From the human T2T-CHM13v2.0 reference genome, Homo sapiens, in NCBI RefSeq assembly GCF_009914755.1, contig NC_060927.1: a DNA stretch of 64,000 nucleotides; one strand, written 5' to 3'. Numbering within the stretch: position 1 is the first letter of the stretch; the number at the start of each line of letters is the position of its first letter. Shown here one piece after another: positions 1-11,399 of this stretch. The notes under the pieces are model-generated. The model ran no database searches. It was not told the DNA's origin and was given only the letters and a program-made list of their open reading frames with translations. Both the position numbers and the translations under genes were made by a program.

Positions 1-1
1 T

Positions 2-245
2 ACAGTGTTCACTGATGGCTCCAATGAAAATGCTGGTTATGTAGGTCCTACAGACAAGCTTATATCCACCCCTTATACCTCTGCTCAAAAGGCAGAGTTA
101 ATTTCTGTAATTACTGCCTTACAGGATTTCCCCAAACCTTTAAATATTGTCTCTGATTCTGATTAACTTGGGAAAGAGGATATGCTTATGTTTCACCAGG
201 AGATCATCAATCCCCTGTCTGGGTGCCCACTAGAGACTCAAGCTT
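2..245 (+). pseudogene. pol: HERV-K pol remnant: RNase H N-terminal part joined to integrase C-terminal part
   Basis: Frame +2, 2-160, reads [53 protein letters not shown] (RNase H: FTDGS, SAQxAEL, SDS). Frame +1 from 163 reads [24 protein letters not shown], like the HML-2 integrase C-terminus [24 protein letters not shown]. Confidence 0.9.
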
Positions 246-309
246 CATGTGAATACTGACAACGAAAACCACAAGGAAAAGACATCCGTGTCAGAGACCA
301 CCCTCAGAC

Positions 310-2352
310 ATGGTGAAATCTGTGCCAACTCCTCAGAAGCTGGCACACCAAATCAAAATGGGTCTGGTTCAATCCTCCCTGATGGCAATGAAGACCCATC
401 TAACTAATCCCACCTCTCCTAATTACCTTTCTTTTTCTCCTTACAAACCTAAAAATTTCACCATTTCTATTACCCTGGAAATAACATCCCTCTGTTCTTC
501 TCTTCCTCCTTCAGCACTGGATCTCGCTTACAATGGGTTTTATTTATCCTTATACTTTCTGTCTCACCAGTTTCCTCTCACACTGATTTACCTGCTCCAC
601 AAAATTATTCTTATTGGGCTTATGTGCCTTTTCCTCCACTTATTCGACCTCTCACCTGGCTGGATGCTCCTGCAGAAATCTACACTAATGACAGTGTGTG
701 GATTCCTGGAGCTACAGATGACTGTTGCCCTGCTAAACCAGGAGAAGAAGGCCCTGCATTTAATGTTACTATGGGTTACAGATACCCCCCTCTGTGCCTC
801 AGACATGCACCTGGTTGTATCCATCTAGAAACCCAAATCTGGGCTGCTTATCTTCCGGAGAGATCAGCTACAGAGGAACCGGGACATTTGGTCTCCAGCA
901 TCTCCCTTTCTCCTTTAAGAAAAATGAAAGGGGGAGTAATGGGAGATACCCCACACTTTCAATATAAACCTGGGGAAAACCATGCCCTAAAAATTTTGAG
1001 GCCCCATCTAAAACTTTAATTTGGGAAGACTGTGTTAACTCACATGCAGTAATATTAAAAAATGAGTCATATGGTTTAGTAATAGACATGGCACCAAAGG
1101 GCTATTTAAAAAACAATTGCTCCTCTGGCCAAGGGAATGCCTGGAGGCTACTTATTTTATTTCTTATTGGGAGAACAAAAATCATCATTCTACTTTGCAT
1201 AGGAGGTTCATCTCAGTCTTTCCCTTAAAATGGGAAGATAAAGGCATTACCTCCCCAAGGCCTCGTATGATACTCCCCATTCTGAGCCCAGAACACCCAG
1301 AACTTTGGACATTGGCTATTGCCATGTCTGGACTGTGAGTATGGGAAGGGGAAACTTTTCTGTCTATTGTCCCCACTACCGTCCCCCTCCCTCAGTATCA
1401 ACGTAGATCCAGACATTCTGCTTTGCTTACCTCCAACCTGACTGTTCCCATACAGAGTTGTGTTAAGCCTCCTCACATGCTGTTAGTGGGAAATATCAAA
1501 ATTTGGATGAACAATCAAACTGTCCAATGCATTAATTGTCATTTATACACTTGTATTAACTCCTATTTTGACTTCAAGAAAAGTGTAATGCTGGTTCGAG
1601 CTTGAGAAGGAATCTGGATTCCGGTAACTTTGCTCACACCTTGGGAATCCTCCCCCTCAATACATTTAATTAATGAAGTGTTACAGCAAATTCTAAAAAG
1701 ATCTAAGAGATTTGTTTTCACTTTAATCGCTGTTATAATGGGCCTAAATACAGTCACTCCAATGGCCACCACTGCCCGAATGGCATTACATCAATCTATT
1801 CACATGGCTCATTTTGTTAATGATTGGCAAGCCAATTCCACCCAAATGTGGAATTCTCAACAAGGCATTGATCAAAAATTGGCTAATCAAATTAATGATT
1901 TAAGACAGTCTGTTATTTGGCTTGGAGATCGGGTAGTGAGTCTCGAATATTGCATGCAAATGCAGTGTGATTGGAATACTTCAGATTTCTTCATCACCCC
2001 GTATTCCTATAATGAGACTGATCATTCATGGGAAATGGTCAAAGGACACCTTCTGGGTAGGGAAGATAATTTATCATTGGACATAACTAAATTAAAGAAA
2101 CAAATTTTTGAAAACTCTCAGGCTCATTTATCCATTGTGCTTGGAGCTGAGGCATTAGATCAGGGGCAGAAAATCTTTCTAGACTAAACCTCATGACTTG
2201 GATTAAGTCTACTGGGGGCTCCACTGTAGTAAATTTTGGAATTATGCTTCTCTGTTTAATCGGCTTATCTTTACTGTGTGGGACCAGTCAAAGAATCCTG
2301 CATCAAAATCAAGAGAATGAACAAGCCTTCATTGCCATAGCACATTTATATA
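310..2352 (+). pseudogene. env: HERV-K env pseudogene (leader/signal, SU, TM) with frameshifts and stops
   Basis: ATG at 310; shift near 545 into NYSYWAYVPFPPLIRPLTWLDAPAEIYTNDSVWIPG (HERV-K SU N-terminus). ORF 1630-2187 has furin site RSKR (1699-1710), fusion peptide [12 protein letters not shown], heptad/[23 protein letters not shown] and CDWNTSDF. The membrane-anchor segment lies in another frame (2193-2438). Confidence 0.92.
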
Positions 2353-2368
2353 AAAGGAAAGAGAGCGA
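2352..2368 (+). other. Retroviral polypurine tract
   Basis: AAAAGGAAAGAGAGCGA directly before the TG that opens the LTR. Confidence 0.75.
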
Positions 2369-3451
2369 TGTTGTGGGAAGTCAGGGACCCTCAACAGAGG
2401 GACCGGCTGAAGCCATGGCAGAAGAACATAAATTGTGAAGATTTCATGGACATTCATTAGTTCCCCCAAATTAATACTTTTATAATTTCTTATGCCTGTC
2501 TTTACTGCAATCTCTGAACACAAATTGTGAAGATTCCATGGACATTGATCACTTCCCCAATCAATACTCTTATAATTTCCTATGCCTGTCTTTACTTTAA
2601 TCTCTTAATCCCCTCATCTTCCTAAACTGAGGATGTATGTTGCCTCAGGACCCTGTGATGAGTGTGTTATCTGTATAAATTTTTGTAAAACATGTGTGTT
2701 TGAACAATATGAAATCTGGGCATCCTAAAAGAACAGGATAACAGTGATTTTCAGGGAACAAGGGAGATAACCATAAGGTCTGACTGCCTGCCGAGTTGGG
2801 CAGAACAGAGTCATATTTCTCTTCTTGCAAAAGTGAATAGGAGAAATATCGCTGAATTATTTTCCTCAGCAAGGAGTAGCCCTGGGAAAGGAATGCATTC
2901 TCAGGGTGAGGTCTCTAAAATGGTCGCTCTGAGAGTGTCTGTCTTCTGCAGTTGAAAATAAGGGATGAAATACACCCTAGTCTCCTGCAGCATCCCCAGG
3001 CTTGCTAGGATTGAGAAATTCCAGCCTGGTGAAATTTTAGTCAGACTGGTTGTCTGCTCTTGAACCCTGTTTCCTGTTAAGATGTTTATCAATGACAATG
3101 TGTGCCCAGCAGGACATGGACCTTCATCAGTAATTCTAGTTTCACTCTGGCCATGTGATCTCACTCTGCTTCTCTGCCCGTGTGATATTTTATTGCCTTT
3201 GAAGCATGTGATCTCTGTGACCCACTCCCTATTTGTACACCCCTCCCCTTTTGAAATTCCTAATAAAAACTTGCTGGTTTTGTGGCTCAGGGGGCATCAT
3301 GGAACCTGCCAACATGTGATGTCATCCCCGGAGACCAAGCTGTAAAATTTCTCTTTTTTGTGCTCTTTCTCTTTATTTCTCAGACTGGTCGACACTTAGG
3401 GAAAACAGAAAAGAACCTAAGTTGAAATATTGGGGGCTGGTTCCCCCCATA
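2369..3451 (+). mobile_element. MER11 LTR (length fits MER11C-like)
   Basis: Starts TGTTGTGGGAAGTCAGGGACCC; internal duplicated block (GAACAYAAATTGTGAAGATT...); AATAAA at 3262-3267; ends GGGGGCTGGTTCCCCCCATA; ~1.08 kb. End uncertain by about 2 nt. Confidence 0.88.
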
Positions 3452-5631
3452 ATAAAATATGGGCAAACTGAATCCAGCAGCAGATAAGTAGAAGCTTATC
3501 TACCATGATCAAGTTGGCTTTATCCCTGGGATGCAAGGCTGGTTCAACATATGCAAATCAACAAATGTAATCCATCACATAAACAGAACCAATGACAAAA
3601 ACCAAATGATTATCTCAATAGATGCAGAAAAGTCTTTTGACAAAATTCAACAGCGCTTTATGCTAAAAACTCTCAATAAACTAGGTATTGATGGACTATA
3701 TCTCAAAATAATAAGAGCTATTTATGACATACCCACAGCCAATATCATACTGAATGGGCAAAAACTGGAAGCATTCCCTTTGAAAACTGGCACAAGGCAA
3801 GGATGCCCTCTCTCACCACTCCTATTCAACATACTGTTGAAAGTTCTGGCCAGGGCAATCAGGCCAAGAGAAATAAATAAAGGGTATTTGGTTAGGAAAA
3901 GAGGAAGTCAAATTGTCCCTGTTTGCAGATGACATGATTTTATATTTAGAAAACCCCATCGTCTTGGCCCAAAATCTCCTTAAGCTGATAAGCAACTTCA
4001 GCAAAGTCTCAGGATACAAAATCAATGTGCAAAAATCACAAGCATTCCTATACGCTAATAACAGACAAACACAGAGCCAAATCACGAGTGAACTCCCATG
4101 CACAATTACTACAAAGAGAATAAAATACCTAGAAATCCAACTTACAAGGGATGTGAAGGACCTCTTCAAGGAGAACTATAAACCACTGCTCAACGAAATA
4201 AAAGAGGACACAAACAAATGGAAGAACATTCCATGCTCATGGATAGGAAGAATCAATATCATGAAAATGGCCATACTTCCCAAGGTAATTTATAGATTCA
4301 ATGCTATCCCCATCAAGCTACCAATGACTTTCTTCACAGAATTGGAAAAAACTACTTTAAAGTTCATATGGAATCAAGAAAGAGCCCATATAGCCAAGAT
4401 AATCCTAAGCAAAAAGAACAAAGCTGGAGACATCACACTACCTGACTTCAAACTATACTGCATGGCTACAGTAACCAAATAGCATGGTACTGGTACCAAA
4501 ACAGATATATAGACCAATGGAACAGAACAGAGACCTCAGAAATAACACTACACATCTACAACCATCTGACCTTTGACAAACCTGACAAAAACAAGCAATG
4601 GGGAAAGGATTCCCTATTTAATAAATGGTGCTGGGAAAATGGCTAGCCATATATAGAAAGCTGAAACTGGATCCCTTCCTTACACCTTATAGAAAAATTA
4701 ATTCAAGATGGATTAAAGACTTAAATGTTAGACCTAAAACCATAAAAACCCTAGAAGAAAACTTAGGCAATACCATTCAGGACATAGGCATGGACAAAGA
4801 CTTCATGACTAAAACACCAAAAGTAATGGCAACAAAAGCCAAAATAGACAAATGGGATCTCATTAAACTAAAGAGCTTCTGCACAGGAAAATCAAGTACC
4901 ATCAGAGTGAACAGGCAACCTACAGGATGGGAAAAAATTTTTGCAATCTACCCATCTCACAAAGGGCTAATATCCAGAATCTACACAGAACTTAAATAAA
5001 TTAACGAGAAAAAAAACAAACCCATCAAAAAGTGGGCAAATGATATGAACACACACTTCTTAAAAGAAGACATTTATGCAGCCCACAGACATATGAAAAA
5101 ATGCTCATCATCACTGGTCATTAGAGAAATGCAAATCAAAACCAAAATGAGATACCTTCTCACTCCAGTTAGAATGGTGATCATTAAAAAGTCAGGAAAC
5201 AACAAATGATGGAGATGATGTGGAGAAATAGGAACATTTTTACACCTTTGGTGGGAGTGTAAATTAGTTCAAGCATTGTGCAAGACAGTGTAGTGATTCC
5301 TCAAGGATCTAGAACTAGAAATACCATTTGACCCAGTGATCCCATTACTGGGTATATACCCAAAGGATTATAAATCATGCTACTATAAAGAGACATTCAC
5401 ACATATGTTTATTGCGGCATTATTCACAATAGGAAAGTCTTGGAACCAACCCAAATGTCCATCAATGATGGACTGGATTAAGAAATTGTGGCACATATAC
5501 ACCATGGAATACTATGCAGCCATAAAAAAGAATGAGTTCTTGTCCTTTGCAGGGAAACCATCATTCTCAGCAAACTATCACAAGGACAGAAAACAAAACA
5601 CCACATGTTGTCACTCACAAGTGGGAATTGA
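3452..5631 (+). pseudogene. L1 ORF2 reverse transcriptase pseudogene fragment
   Basis: Broken into ORFs 3531-3932, 3913-4482, 4625-4999 and 5336-5638 by frameshifts and stops; the catalytic FADD motif is retained. Confidence 0.9.
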
Positions 5632-5861
5632 ACAATGAGAACACATGGACACAAGGCAGGGAACATCACACACTGGGGCCTGTCAGCAGGTGGAAGGCTG
5701 GAGGAGGGATAACATTAGGAGAAATACCTAATGTAAATGACGAGTTGATGGGTGCAGCAAACCAACATGGTATATGTATACCTATGTAAAAAACCTGCAC
5801 GTTCTGCACATGTACCCTAGAACTTAAAGTATAATTAAAAAGAAAAGAAGAAGAAAAAAAA
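3452..5861 (+). mobile_element. LINE-1 (L1PA6/7-like) 3' portion: ORF2 RT and C-terminal region, 3' UTR, A-rich tail
   Basis: ORF2 peptides [10 protein letters not shown]...[53 protein letters not shown]; typical L1PA 3' UTR ending CTTAAAGTATAAT plus tail at 5833-5861. Confidence 0.95.
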
Positions 5862-5884
5862 TGACCTTCCGTTGTCCTCTAGAT

Positions 5885-6091
5885 GTTTCTGTACAGGGCA
5901 GGATAGTAAACATTTTAGTCTTTGTGGACCATGTAGATTCTGCTGCAACTACACAACTCTGGAGTAGAACCATGAACATAGCCACAGAAAATAAATAAAC
6001 AGACAGGTGTAGCTGTGTTCCCATAACATTTTATGTACAAAAGCAAGTGGTAAGCCATATTTGCCCCTTGAGGTATAGTTTTCTGACCCGT
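5885..6091. mobile_element. MER58-like hAT-Charlie DNA transposon fossil
   Basis: CTGTACAGGGCAGGATAGTAAACATTTTAG...GCTGTGTTCCCATAACATTTTAT...TAGTTTTCTGACCC resembles the MER58A consensus. Confidence 0.75.
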
Positions 6092-6099
6092 ACTCTTGA

Positions 6100-6522
6100 C
6101 CTCTACTCTGACTCCTGCTCCCATTCTCCTTTTGCTGGTTATGAAGATAGCTCCGGCAATACTCTTTCTCATTACTTCTTTAAAAGAAAGTGCATCATTC
6201 TTATCAGAATACAACAACGTTAGTGTTGTTTCATCTTAAAAAGACAATGCTTTGTTGTTGTGACTTGCCCTCAAATGACTTCTCCATTTCTCTTTTCATA
6301 TATTCTACAGTTTCTTCTCATTTGTTCTTAATCTCATTCCAATAAGCTAGAGTTTTCTCATTCCAAAAAAAAAAAAAAAAAATGGACCTACTTCAGTTTA
6401 CCAGTGACCTTCACATGGTTAAATCCAATGGTAAATTTCAGTCCTCATTTTACCTGGCCTTTGGTACAGTGGATCATTTCTTCCTCCTTGAAATACTATT
6501 TTTATGTGGATTCCAAGACACC
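6100..6522 (+). mobile_element. L2 LINE fragment
   Basis: CCAGTGACCTTCACATGGTTAAATCCAATGGTAAATTTCAGTCCTCATTTTAC...TTCCAAGACACC resembles the L2 RT region. Confidence 0.7.
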
Positions 6523-6687
6523 CAATGGTGTCCTAGTTCAGCATGCCGCAGCTCCAGAGAGTTGATTGTAAAATATTCTGGAAATTTGTGACATAGTTAT
6601 TAAACTATTTGTATCCTGAAGTCAGCTTTGATGGGAGTGTTAATTGGATAGAAATAGGCAAACGTGAAAAAAAAATGAAAACTTTTT

Positions 6688-7100
6688 AAGGCACAAAAAG
6701 ACAGACATCACTTAATCTAATCCATATGTGGAATCTGAAGAAGTTGACCTCAGAGAAGTAGGGAGTAGAATAGAGGCCACCAGAGGCTGGGGAGGAGAGA
6801 TGGCTGGTGGGATGGAGAGAGGTAGTGAACAGGTAAAAAGTCACAGTTATACAGGAAGAGAAAATTCTGGTGTCTTATTACACAGTAGAGCAACCGTAGC
6901 TAATAATAAAGTATTGCATGTTTCAAGGGAGCTGGAAGAGAAGATTTTGAATCATCATAAAAAAATTACAAATGTTTAAAGTGATGGATATACTAATTAC
7001 TCTGATTTGATCATTCTACAGTGTATACATGTATTGAAGCATCACACTGTACCCTATAAATATATACAGTTATTATATGCCAATTGTACATTTAAAAATA
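6688..7100 (+). mobile_element. L1MA-type 3' end fragment
   Basis: ATGTGGAATCT...GAAGTAGGGAGTAGAATAGAGG..ACCAGAGGCTGGG...GTGATGGATATACTAATTACTCTGATTTGATCATT, typical L1MA 3' UTR. Confidence 0.8.
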
Positions 7101-7299
7101 TTAGGTCTGAAAAAAATAGCAACTTTTTCAGTATTCCACAGAGATTTTCCTTACATACTTGTATACACTGACATACCAAGTGTACTCTGATTTTCTTTGT
7201 ACCATTCCAAATGCTTCCTCTCAGTCTCCTGTACTTTTTCCAGCTCATCTTCCTGACTGCTAATCAATATAAACCCCAATGCTTATAACTGAATATAAC

Positions 7300-7745
7300 A
7301 AGTCTCTCTAATGTTTTTCCTGTACTTCACCCTGTTAGTGTCTATTCTTGACACAAACATCCAGAAAAATCTATTTTTTAATTAAAACATTTTTTAAATG
7401 GCAATGGGGCTTCATTATGTTGCTCGGGTTGGTCTGGAACTCCTGGGCTCAAGTAATCCTCCTGCCTCAGCCTCCCAAAGTGTTGGGATGTGAGCCACCA
7501 CACCACTTCGGAGTAATCTATTTTTAAAAGAAATCAAATTATGTAATTTCTCTGAACAAAACTCCCTGTTGGCTTACCATCTCATTCTGAATAACCCAAA
7601 TTTTTGACAAACATCTGGTCCCAGATAGATTTCATGTTCTCATTTCCTGATACTCATCCTTTCTAATACTCAAATACTCACTCCACCACAGAAACACTGT
7701 CTTCATGTTTTTCCTCAAATACATAAGGTATTTCTCCACCTTAGG
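7300..7745 (+). mobile_element. L2 fragment interrupted by an Alu monomer
   Basis: Degraded L2 3' region motifs on both sides of the monomer (TCTATTCTTGACACA..., AAAACTCCCTGTTGGCTTACCATCTCA). Confidence 0.5.
7385..7508 (-). mobile_element. Alu left-arm monomer (FLAM-like)
   Basis: Reverse-complement left arm (GAACTCCTGGGCTCAAGTAATCCTCCTGCCTCAGCCTCCCAAAGTG), flanked by repeated AATCTATTTTT. Confidence 0.8.
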
Positions 7746-8039
7746 AGTAAAAGCATGAAGACAGTCGGGGGACTGAAAAGTACTACAGGTAAAAATTACA
7801 GAAAGTGTAGAAGTTTTAAAGCATTAAGAAGGGACACTTTCTTTGATCTTAAGTATTAAGAAACGAAAAGCTTTCTGTGATCAGGTGGAGGTTGTATGAC
7901 AAATTAAAAACCTTATAAACTCCAAATTAAAAGCTGCTTTTCCCGATGGGACAATTGCTGAATCCCTTGGACTCACTTGTTACATGAGTTAAAAACCCAT
8001 TTTTGAAACAAAAACTAAAATGGAAATAACACAAAAGTG

Positions 8040-9300
8040 AATAATCATAACAAACAATGCCTTAAGAGATATAGAAGAGGCAACTGTGTGTGGGTACAAA
8101 GCATATTAGCATTTATTAAATGCCATATTCTAATTCTGTCATTCCCTATGTCTTGAGTAAGGAAGAGAGGAGACACAGGTGTAATGTAGAAAAGACTCAG
8201 CATAACACCTGAATATATTGTATCTCTGCCCATTGAAAAGGCCTAGAAAAAAAAATGACCGATCTGTGAGCATCCTTAGTGTCAGGCTTTTCCCATGAAA
8301 TATAATTTCCCAATAAAGGAAATGAGGACTTCTTGGAAAAGCGGTGGAGTTTAGGGCACAAAATGTACAAGATGAGTGTGGAACATCTTAACATGCCAGA
8401 TAAAAAGATAGTTATCAAAAATTATCAGGGTCATGTCAAAAGATTTTAGGAGCCAATTTGAAAGGACTCTATTGGTCAAAGGTGAGACAATTTAAGCTTC
8501 AATAAGGATCATATTTAGAATGGATTGATACTCATCAAATATATTTCAATTCATGAATTCATAACCATTTAAAAGGTCTAGTTAGTTCCCCTCTGAAGAT
8601 GACTAGGAAAAATTTATTTTCTTAAAAATTAGTTAGATAAAAGGCAAGGATCTAACATATATCCTGTTTTTCTTATACAAACTAAAACACAGCAAAATTA
8701 TAGATGATGGTGATGGTAAGTCTCTCTTTTAGAAATTATTTCAGCCAGTCTATTTAAAAACGTACAATTAGAATTTACAATTTTTCAACCCCCTAAGGAA
8801 TTGATGAATTTAGGCAGCTAACATCATAAGGAATGGATACCAGACATTATGTGCCTTCTGTTTACAAGACTTTAGACTTGCCAAATGAGTAGAAAGTGAG
8901 CTTAATCAGTCCATTGAATCCAGAATCAATTTACAGAAAATACAGAGTTCACAGGAACATACTGAGCTACAACATGAGAGAGTCTGTAGGTCAGCGGAGC
9001 CCTAAAAGACATTAAGTTTTTAAAAAATCAGTAAAACTAAGGATGGGTACTTGGGTGACAAGATCATAAAGTAAGGCAGGGAAAGGATTATTGAAAAAGC
9101 CAAAATCGAGGTTATTTTTGTGTGGATGGAGAGGTTTGTGACTTTGATGGGACACACATTGGGGGGCTTCTCAGACGGCTGGCTACATGCTATTTCTTGA
9201 TCTAGGTTACATGGATGTTCTTGTAATTTTTCACTAAGTTATACATTTGTTTGTTTTCATTTTCTTTATATGCATTTTATTTTACAAACAATAGGTTTAA
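8040..9300 (+). mobile_element. Old L1 (L1MC4/5-like) 3' region
   Basis: AAAATGTACAAGATGAGTGTGGAACATCTT...GGGTCATGTCAAAAGA...GGAGCCAATTTGAAAGG and terminal CTATTTCTTGATCTAGG...TTTTATTTTACAA motifs. Confidence 0.65.
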
Positions 9301-10309
9301 AATGCTACTCTGGTACTTTTAGTCGAATTACTGAAAAACAAATAAATAATCACTTTGTAATGAGAACACTGTCATTGCCACCATATTAAAAAATACAAAT
9401 GTGACTGATAACAAAACTGCCAGAGTAATTTTTTTAGATATTTAAAAAAATGCTTCTTAGGGAAAACGATTCTATAGAGTCTGATTTTATCAGTGAAAAC
9501 TGCAAGCAGGAGGTTCCCGCTTACCATTCTTTCTCTCTTTGTTCTTCTTTTTACCATAATAATGAGCTCTGAAAGACACTTGAAACTTACAGTAGATCAC
9601 ACTGGAAGGAATATTATTCAAGAAGATATAAGGCAGAAATGATATTTTAGAGGGAGCCCTAGCATGCCTCGAAATCCTGTCATCATTCTCAGCAGATAAC
9701 GATTATTTGGCTGGAATACATTTGAAGGAGAAGCTTTACTCCAAAGTTGGATGAATGAAGGTAGTGAGTCAAGCATGATAAAAAACAGTAAGCGGTACAG
9801 GAGCAGTAACAACTATAAAGTCTTCATGATTCCTTTAATATTGCCAGGAAATGCATAAAAGGCTTCTAGAGCTGACTAGATACCATTAAAAAAATGTGTT
9901 TTTCTTGCTGTGAATTACAAGTCTTTCATACATGGAAAAATTTTAGTGGGCACACAAGGCAGGAAAATTAAATTAATTTTAATTCAAATGCTCTGTGACT
10001 CTCTGAAGTTTTTCCAATTACAAAGATATGTCTCATGATTTTAAGGAGCCAGGAGAGCATATAATACTTATGTAAAAAAAGTTGATTATTTCGTTGCAAG
10101 TAAGTCCTTAATGAGGGTTAAACTCATTATAGAAACTGTCTTAAGACAAATAAAACCAAGTCAAGTGAAGTTAATATGGGGTTACTTGTTTATTTGGTAA
10201 ATTTCCCACAGGGAAAATTTTAAATCTTACAAGTTTAATGATGCTTTTAAAGAGGTATTATTTATGAAGTTAGTTTCATAATTATTGCATAGGCTAGTAA
10301 AATTGTACT

Positions 10310-10460
10310 GAATTTGAAGACAGAAGAACTGAAGTAAGATTCTGAGTCTGTCAATTACAAACGATGTGACTTAGGGCAACTTATTCAACTTGTCTGAATC
10401 TCAGGTCACTTTCTGCAAAATGACCAGATTATACCACATAGATCTTAAGATTCCATCAGT
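10310..10460 (+). mobile_element. MIR SINE fragment
   Basis: Core ATGTGACTTAGGGCAACTTATTCAACTTGTCTGAATCTCAG...GCAAAATG. Confidence 0.65.
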
Positions 10461-10547
10461 ATTTTCAAATTCAACAATGATTTGTTTTCAACTTGTTCAG
10501 GGCAAAATAAATCCTCTAAAGACTGAATGAGAAAGAATTATAATGCC

Positions 10548-11064
10548 TGTATTAGTTATCTACCTGTGTGGCAAATTAAACTAAAACTTAGCAGCTAAAT
10601 TAATACAACAAACATTTATGTTACATGGTTTCTGAGGGTTGGGAACCTGAAAGTGGTTTAGTTGACTGATTCTAATCAGGGTAACTCACAAGGGTACAGT
10701 CAAGCTGTTGGCTGACATTGAAGGCTGACTGTGGCTAATTCCCTTCTAACTTCACTTGCATGGCTGCTGGCAGGCCTTGATTCCTCCTCACTGGCTGTTG
10801 GCCACAGGTTTTGTTTCCTTACCTAGTCGGACTCTCCCTAAGCCAGCTGCCCCAGAGTGAGTGATCCAAGAGGAAAAGAGAGCATGTGTGAATGAGAAAG
10901 CACCCAAGATTGAAGACACAGTCTTTTATAAGCTAATTTAGAAAGCCCTATGTTATTGGCCACATGAACAATCCCTGATACATTATGGGAGGGGATTATA
11001 GAAAGACATAAATATCGCCACCATATGGGGATCTTTGGAGGTAATCTTGGAGACTGGCTAACCA
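10548..11064 (-). mobile_element. MLT1 (MLT1F-like) MaLR LTR
   Basis: Begins TGTATTAGTTATCTA (reverse complement of the MLT1 end), AAAACTTAGCAGCTAA, ends CTTGGAGACTGGCTAACCA. Confidence 0.75.
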
Positions 11065-11399
11065 AAGTGCCTTTGCTGAACACATAGATTAAGGCCCAGA
11101 TTCCTCTCCCCAAACCCTCCATCTACCCAGTTCAATAAACTTCTCATGCAATGAATGATATGGATGTTGCTATGGATATTGCAGAAACATAGGGTTTTTA
11201 CCCGTGTTCCTCCTAACCATGGGCATGGTTAGGTTACTGTTTTTCAAAGTAATTACCTTTGTCTTCAGCAATTGGCTTTATTTCAATTTACTGAAATGTG
11301 GTTGTTCAAAGTATCTTCGATTTGTTTCTTATATACTTTATTATTTCACTATACCTTTACTTTCTCTCTTCCTACATAGAATTTCCTGAAAAAAATCTA

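Larger units (their letters stand above)
1..3451 (+). mobile_element. 3' half of HERV-K-class endogenous retrovirus (HML-8 / HERVK11) with MER11 3' LTR; continues upstream of the window
   Basis: Collinear betaretroviral pol remnants (1-~245), env remnants (310-~2350), polypurine tract (2352-2368) and an LTR starting TGTTGTGGGAAGTCAGGGACCC, the MER11-type start. Confidence 0.92.

Noticed and set aside
2424-2597. About 90-bp tandem duplication inside the LTR, superficially like a repeat array
   Set aside because: As I recall it is part of the normal MER11 consensus; two copies only, no spacers
3531-4482. L1 RT ORFs as a potentially active reverse transcriptase
   Set aside because: Frameshift between the two ORFs, downstream stops, and the N-terminal part is cut off by the provirus
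9525-9568. Possible minus-strand 44-nt exon (TCTTTCAG|A...ATG|GTAAGC)
   Set aside because: Short polypyrimidine tract and no supporting coding signal
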